A stretch of DNA of 64,000 nt from an uncultured Gemmatimonadaceae bacterium. Lineage in GTDB: Bacteria > Gemmatimonadota > Gemmatimonadetes > Gemmatimonadales > Gemmatimonadaceae. A model generated the notes under the pieces. That model was given only the letters and a program-made list of their open reading frames with translations. It was not told where the DNA came from and did no database searches. Each line of letters begins with the position of its first letter. The stretch's first letter is position 1. Position numbers and translations under genes: made by a program. Of the stretch, positions 59,874-64,000 are shown piece after piece. The stretch lies in NCBI GenBank assembly GCA_963761305.1, contig CAVXGK010000001.1, positions 416,001 to 480,000 of the forward strand. The letters run 5' to 3'.

Positions 59874-61496
59874 TCAAGAGGTCTGCTCCCGCTGCCGCTC
59901 CGCCTCTTCCAGCCACTGCACCATTTTCTCGTCCTTCGCCGCGTACCGTGCCCACCCCTTCGCGGTGGCGTTCCAACGATAGTCTTTGATGCTCATGTCG
60001 ATGCCGCGGTCGATGAGGAATCGCATCGACTCGTAGTTCCCCGGATTTTCGCCGGTCCCGACCTGTCCCACCAGCTCGTGCAGGATGCTCGCCGGCTCGT
60101 GCGAACTCCACCTGGTGTTGATGTCCGCCCCGTGCGCGAGGAGGAAGTCCGCCACCTCGAACTGGCGGTTGATGACGGACCACGCGAGCGCCGTGTCGAG
60201 AACCGCCTGCACACGCGACGTGCTCCACGCGTAGTCAATTCCCGTGTGTGTGTTGTAGGGGAAGTGATGGTCGAGATCGCCCAGCGCCGGCGAACCTGAT
60301 TTATCGAACCACTGTTTCACGCGCGCGAGGTTCCCCATGGCTGCCGCATGCGGCAGATCGTCCGGCAATGGCCAGATGCGAGTGAGGAGCGGGATGAGGT
60401 GCAGCCTCGCGTAGGTGATCGCGAATTCGATGGCCCCCGACGGCTGCGGCGGCTGGCGTCTGCCAACCGCGGGATCGAGATCGAGAAGGGCCTCGATGAA
60501 TTCGCCGCGATCCCGCATCGTGGCCCGCTCAATGAGTCCCGCTTGAAACGGCGCATTCGCTTCGCCAAGCAGCCACGTCTCGCGTTTCAGCCGGCTGACG
60601 AACGCCGTCAGATCGCCATCCTCGATCGCGCGCATGACCTGGTCCATGAGTAAGGCCTGCCATGGTCCGTTCGGCGCCGCGTGCGCGAAGTCGAGCGTTC
60701 GGTTTCCGATGAAGTACCTGACGAATGCGGGGCGTCCAACGCTTTCGTCGACGTGCGTGCCGAGCTCGGGATCGAGAGCGATGGCCCGGTCGAGGAGGAG
60801 GGACGCGACGGTCTCATGGTGAAATCGGCACGCGCACACGAACGCGTCGTTGACGACGGTCAAATCGCTTCCCTCTCGAGCGAGAGATGCGCGAACCGCG
60901 TCGAGATCACCAAGCGCCGAAAAGAATTTGAGCGTGTGCGGAAGCAAACCCTTCCGGCGAAACAGCTCGAGCATTCCCCTGGCGCGCGATGCGAGAATTC
61001 CGTCGCAGACGACGGGCATCACTACCGCGCCGGCGCCGATCAACAGTTCCGCGCACGCCGCGCGCGTGAACGCCTGTTCTCTGTTCGCGTCGAACGCATC
61101 GCCGTACGCACCCGTGGCCATTCCCAGCAGACCGCCGTCGCCGGCCTGACCGGTCCACGAAAGCAGCGCCGGATGTTCGGCCAGCAGTTGCTTCATGCCC
61201 TCGACATCGTTGTCGTGAATGGCGCGTCGAGCCTGTGCGACCGCCGACTCCAGACCGCTGCCGAGTCGTTCGCTCACCGCGGCCTGGAGATCTTGCCATC
61301 CGGGGTAGCCGTACTCACGCGCGATCACCAGTTGCGCGTTGCGCTGCGTGAGCGGCAGGCCGAGGGTTGGCAGATGCGCCCGGGCACGCGCGAGCGCACC
61401 GGCGTCACCGGCCGCGATGTCTCGCGCGAGTTTCTTCGCTTGTTTCTTGAGGGACTCGAGCGACGGGCGAGCGGGGAGCGACTTCGACGCACTCAT
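59874..61496 (-). CDS. Ankyrin-repeat protein with N-terminal LPARPSLExLKKQAK...AREYG.xW domain
   Basis: AAAGGAGG RBS; ankyrin motifs LPHAAAMGN, ADFLLAHGADIN, FLIDRGID. Confidence 0.85.
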   Translation of the reverse strand: MSASKSLPARPSLESLKKQAKKLARDIAAGDAGALARARAHLPTLGLPLTQRNAQLVIAREYGYPGWQDLQAAVSERLGSGLESAVAQARRAIHDNDVEGMKQLLAEHPALLSWTGQAGDGGLLGMATGAYGDAFDANREQAFTRAACAELLIGAGAVVMPVVCDGILASRARGMLELFRRKGLLPHTLKFFSALGDLDAVRASLAREGSDLTVVNDAFVCACRFHHETVASLLLDRAIALDPELGTHVDESVGRPAFVRYFIGNRTLDFAHAAPNGPWQALLMDQVMRAIEDGDLTAFVSRLKRETWLLGEANAPFQAGLIERATMRDRGEFIEALLDLDPAVGRRQPPQPSGAIEFAITYARLHLIPLLTRIWPLPDDLPHAAAMGNLARVKQWFDKSGSPALGDLDHHFPYNTHTGIDYAWSTSRVQAVLDTALAWSVINRQFEVADFLLAHGADINTRWSSHEPASILHELVGQVGTGENPGNYESMRFLIDRGIDMSIKDYRWNATAKGWARYAAKDEKMVQWLEEAERQREQTS

Positions 61497-61501
61497 GGCA
61501 G

Positions 61502-61619
61502 CCTCCTTTCATGAATCGCCTGTGCCCCGCTGAAGCCAGGCTGAAAGAAGGTGCACAACGCACGCGACTTTGAAACCAATCAGGTGGGAATTATTCCCTT
61601 GCCGCGGGTTGGTGGCGCC
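61502..61619 (-). ncRNA. Candidate cis-regulatory structured leader RNA
   Basis: Nested stems CAAC/GTTG, CGCGGC/GTCGCG, GGGAA/TTCCC, GCCTG/CAGGC; CCTTCTTTCA pairs with TGAAAGGAGG (RBS). Confidence 0.6.
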
Positions 61620-61638
61620 CTGTCAGCGCGCTGCCCGC

Positions 61639-61667
61639 AGTATCGAACGACGCGGCTTCGATGTCAA
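61639..61667 (-). promoter_or_regulatory. Sigma70-type promoter
   Basis: TTGACA-17-GATACT. Confidence 0.65.
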
Positions 61668-61817
61668 CGCCGGCCGCGCGCGGCGACCAAGGCTGAGCCG
61701 GCAAGCCGTGCTCGACGCGTTGCGCGGTCTGCGGCTGCGCATCCTAATTGTAGGTCGCTCGCACGTCAGCTCGCGGCGGCAACACCGATCGGTGAACGTC
61801 GAACGGGGGATGACAGA

Positions 61818-62198
61818 GTGCTAACATCCGAAAAGCTTGTCGCGTTTGGCGCCACGACCGACGGAGCTCGGGCCATCGCGTTCTACGGCGACGTGCTCGG
61901 CCTGGCGATCCGGTCCGACGATGAATTCGCCGTGGTCTTCGATGCCGGCGGCACCGAGCTGCGTCTGCAAAAGGTGGAGCGCTTCTCTCCCCATCCCTTC
62001 ACCGCCCTGGGTTGGCAAGTCGCGGACATCGGTCAGGTGGTCAGTCGCCTCGTCGCGGCAGGGGTCGAGCCGGAACGGTACGCATGGATGGAACAGGACG
62101 CGCGCGGGATCTGGTCGGCACCGAGCGGCGCGCGCGTGGCGTGGTTCACGGATCCGGATGGCAACTTGCTCTCCGTCGCGCAATACCCGTCTGGCTAA
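61818..62198 (+). CDS. VOC/glyoxalase family protein
   Basis: FYGDVLGL; VAWFTDPDGNLLS. Confidence 0.88.
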   Translation: MLTSEKLVAFGATTDGARAIAFYGDVLGLAIRSDDEFAVVFDAGGTELRLQKVERFSPHPFTALGWQVADIGQVVSRLVAAGVEPERYAWMEQDARGIWSAPSGARVAWFTDPDGNLLSVAQYPSG

Positions 62199-62257
62199 CG
62201 ACGCTGGACGTCACAGAGACCGATCAATACAGCGCAGTCAAGCGAGGTACATCGCAA

Positions 62258-62644
62258 ATGGCCAGCCTCAAGACGCATCCTCGAGTGACATCGTTCGCTC
62301 CCCAGTTCCTGGTCGATGACCTGGCGCGTTCGATGGACTACTACCGGAAGCTCGGGTTCACGTTCGGCGAGCCATGGGAAGGGTTCTACGCGATTGGAGA
62401 GCTGGACGGCTTGGAACTTCATCTGAAGGAAGCACCGAAGAACGACGCCGACCGCCGCTGGAGTCGCGAACATGAACATCTCGACGCCGCGGGCGGCGTG
62501 GATGGCATCGGCGCCTTCTACGAGCGCTGTGTGGCGAAGGGCGTGGCGATTCTCAGACCGCTCACCGCGACGGAGTGGGGCACCAAGGACTTCTACATCG
62601 AGGATCCGGACGGCTATGTCATCTCGTTCGGCGGCCGTGAGTAG
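62258..62644 (+). CDS. VOC/bleomycin-resistance-like protein
   Basis: VDDLARSMDYY..LGF; WGTKDFYIEDPDGY. Confidence 0.88.
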   Translation: MASLKTHPRVTSFAPQFLVDDLARSMDYYRKLGFTFGEPWEGFYAIGELDGLELHLKEAPKNDADRRWSREHEHLDAAGGVDGIGAFYERCVAKGVAILRPLTATEWGTKDFYIEDPDGYVISFGGRE

Positions 62645-62704
62645 CGTTCGTTAAACCCCGTACTCTTTTTCGCTCCGCGACCTGCCCTGAGGGGCGAACG
62701 AGCG

Positions 62705-63991
62705 TCAGCTCATCCGCACGACTGATTTCGGGGTTGAGAGCGAGCGTTGCCGAACGGCGGGCTGGCGAGTCGCGGCGGCCTGCTGGAGCGACGCCTCCCA
62801 CACGTCCGTCACGCGGTCCCAGGTGTAACGCGAGAGCACTTTGGCGCGCCCTCGCGCGCCGAACTTCGCGCGCTTCGCCGGATCGGCGAGCAGATCGAGA
62901 ATCTTCGCGGCGAGATCCGGCGCGTCGAATGGCTTCGCCGTCCATCCGTCGACGCCGGAATCGATGATGCAGCGCGTCGACGCGATGTCGGCGCCGATCA
63001 CCGGCTTGCCGCACATCCACGCCTCGATCATCACGAGCCCGAAGGCTTCCTCCGACGACGGCAGCGCGAGCAGGTCGCACGCGTCCATGATCGACGGGCC
63101 GTCCGCGTCCGGAAAATCGTCGATCAGCACGACCCTGGACCGTTCGTCCTCGGAGAGGGCCGCCAGCATCGCGGTAACGTTCGCGTCACGATGCGCGCTC
63201 TGGCCGGCCATCAGTAGGACGGCGTTGGGCGCGTGGCGCCACACCGTTGGCATCGCTTCGATCAGTGTGGGCACGCCCTTCATCGAGTCCTGCCGGCCGA
63301 CGAAACCGACGACTGGTCGGTCGCCGATGTCGTAGCGCGCGCGAATGCTCTCTCCATTGCGGCCTTCGAACCGCCCCGGATCAACGCCGGCGCCGGCAAC
63401 GGCAACGTCGCGTCCGCCGCGCGCTTCGACGAAATCGCGCTCAGCCTCCGTGCAAACGATCACACCGTCACAGTCGCCGAGCATGCGCTTGTACGTGTGA
63501 TTGAACGCCCACTCTCGTTCGATGTGGAGAATCGGAACCGCCACGCGCGGCGTGCGACGCAGGAATCGCGGCGGGCACACCCAATACGACAGGGCAAAGA
63601 CCCAATTCACGGCCGTGATCACGTCGACCTCGAGCTTGGCCAGCGGAGGCACCATGCCCAATCCGCTCGGCGGTTGCATCGGCCAAAGATCTCTTCCGAA
63701 GAACCAGGAAGACGTGCGCCATCCGCCGGGGCGATCGAGCCACCAGCGATGCAGACGGTGAAGACGCGAGTTCATCGGCCTCACGCGGACGATGCGCACA
63801 CCGTTCAATGTCTCGGTCGGCGGCAGCCCTGCGCCGCGGGGCGAGAGGAAGTCACGCATCGTCGCGCAATCGAATGTGAGCACGGTCACGTCGTGCCCGC
63901 GCGCCGCCAACCGCTCGGAGACGGATTGCAGCATTCGCTCGGCGCCGCCGACGAGTGGTGCGTACGCCGGAGAGACATGTGCGATGCTCAA
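62705..63991 (-). CDS. Glycosyltransferase family 4
   Basis: GGAE, RGHDVTV, FVGR...KG, EAFGLVMIEAW. Confidence 0.92.
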   Translation of the reverse strand: MSIAHVSPAYAPLVGGAERMLQSVSERLAARGHDVTVLTFDCATMRDFLSPRGAGLPPTETLNGVRIVRVRPMNSRLHRLHRWWLDRPGGWRTSSWFFGRDLWPMQPPSGLGMVPPLAKLEVDVITAVNWVFALSYWVCPPRFLRRTPRVAVPILHIEREWAFNHTYKRMLGDCDGVIVCTEAERDFVEARGGRDVAVAGAGVDPGRFEGRNGESIRARYDIGDRPVVGFVGRQDSMKGVPTLIEAMPTVWRHAPNAVLLMAGQSAHRDANVTAMLAALSEDERSRVVLIDDFPDADGPSIMDACDLLALPSSEEAFGLVMIEAWMCGKPVIGADIASTRCIIDSGVDGWTAKPFDAPDLAAKILDLLADPAKRAKFGARGRAKVLSRYTWDRVTDVWEASLQQAAATRQPAVRQRSLSTPKSVVRMS

Positions 63992-64000
63992 CGGGCGCGC

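Overview
GC-rich bacterial chromosomal window; the gene repertoire suggests Gemmatimonadota (inference). No rRNA, tRNA or CRISPR array was seen. Main content: (1) a signalling locus at ~6.4-12.8 kb, where a co-oriented minus-strand trio (conserved hypothetical protein with a LeuA-regulatory-domain-like C-terminus; an unannotated 16-aa peptide MLAFLLCLFAGNVTWV behind a three-hairpin leader; a multi-TM HD-GYP phosphodiesterase) converges on a ~1090-aa BTAD/STAND-ATPase regulator. This is the best candidate for an undescribed peptide-signal/c-di-GMP system. (2) A four-gene operon that looks like reductive oxalate assimilation (oxlT, PanE-like reductase, oxalate-CoA ligase, alanine/serine-glyoxylate aminotransferase). 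(3) An eroded integron-like region (~50.6-62.7 kb) with an intI N-terminal remnant, degenerate attC-like sites and small cassette-type genes, plus one well-formed attC at 139-237. (4) An ankyrin gene with a promoter and a strongly structured, RBS-sequestering leader. (5) A metal-ligand-less B3 beta-lactamase fold fused to a lipase. (6) Dispersed 8-mer and 16-mer intergenic repeats. Several genes carry single-base frameshifts, either sequencing errors or pseudogenes. Family assignments come from motif recognition only, not database searches.
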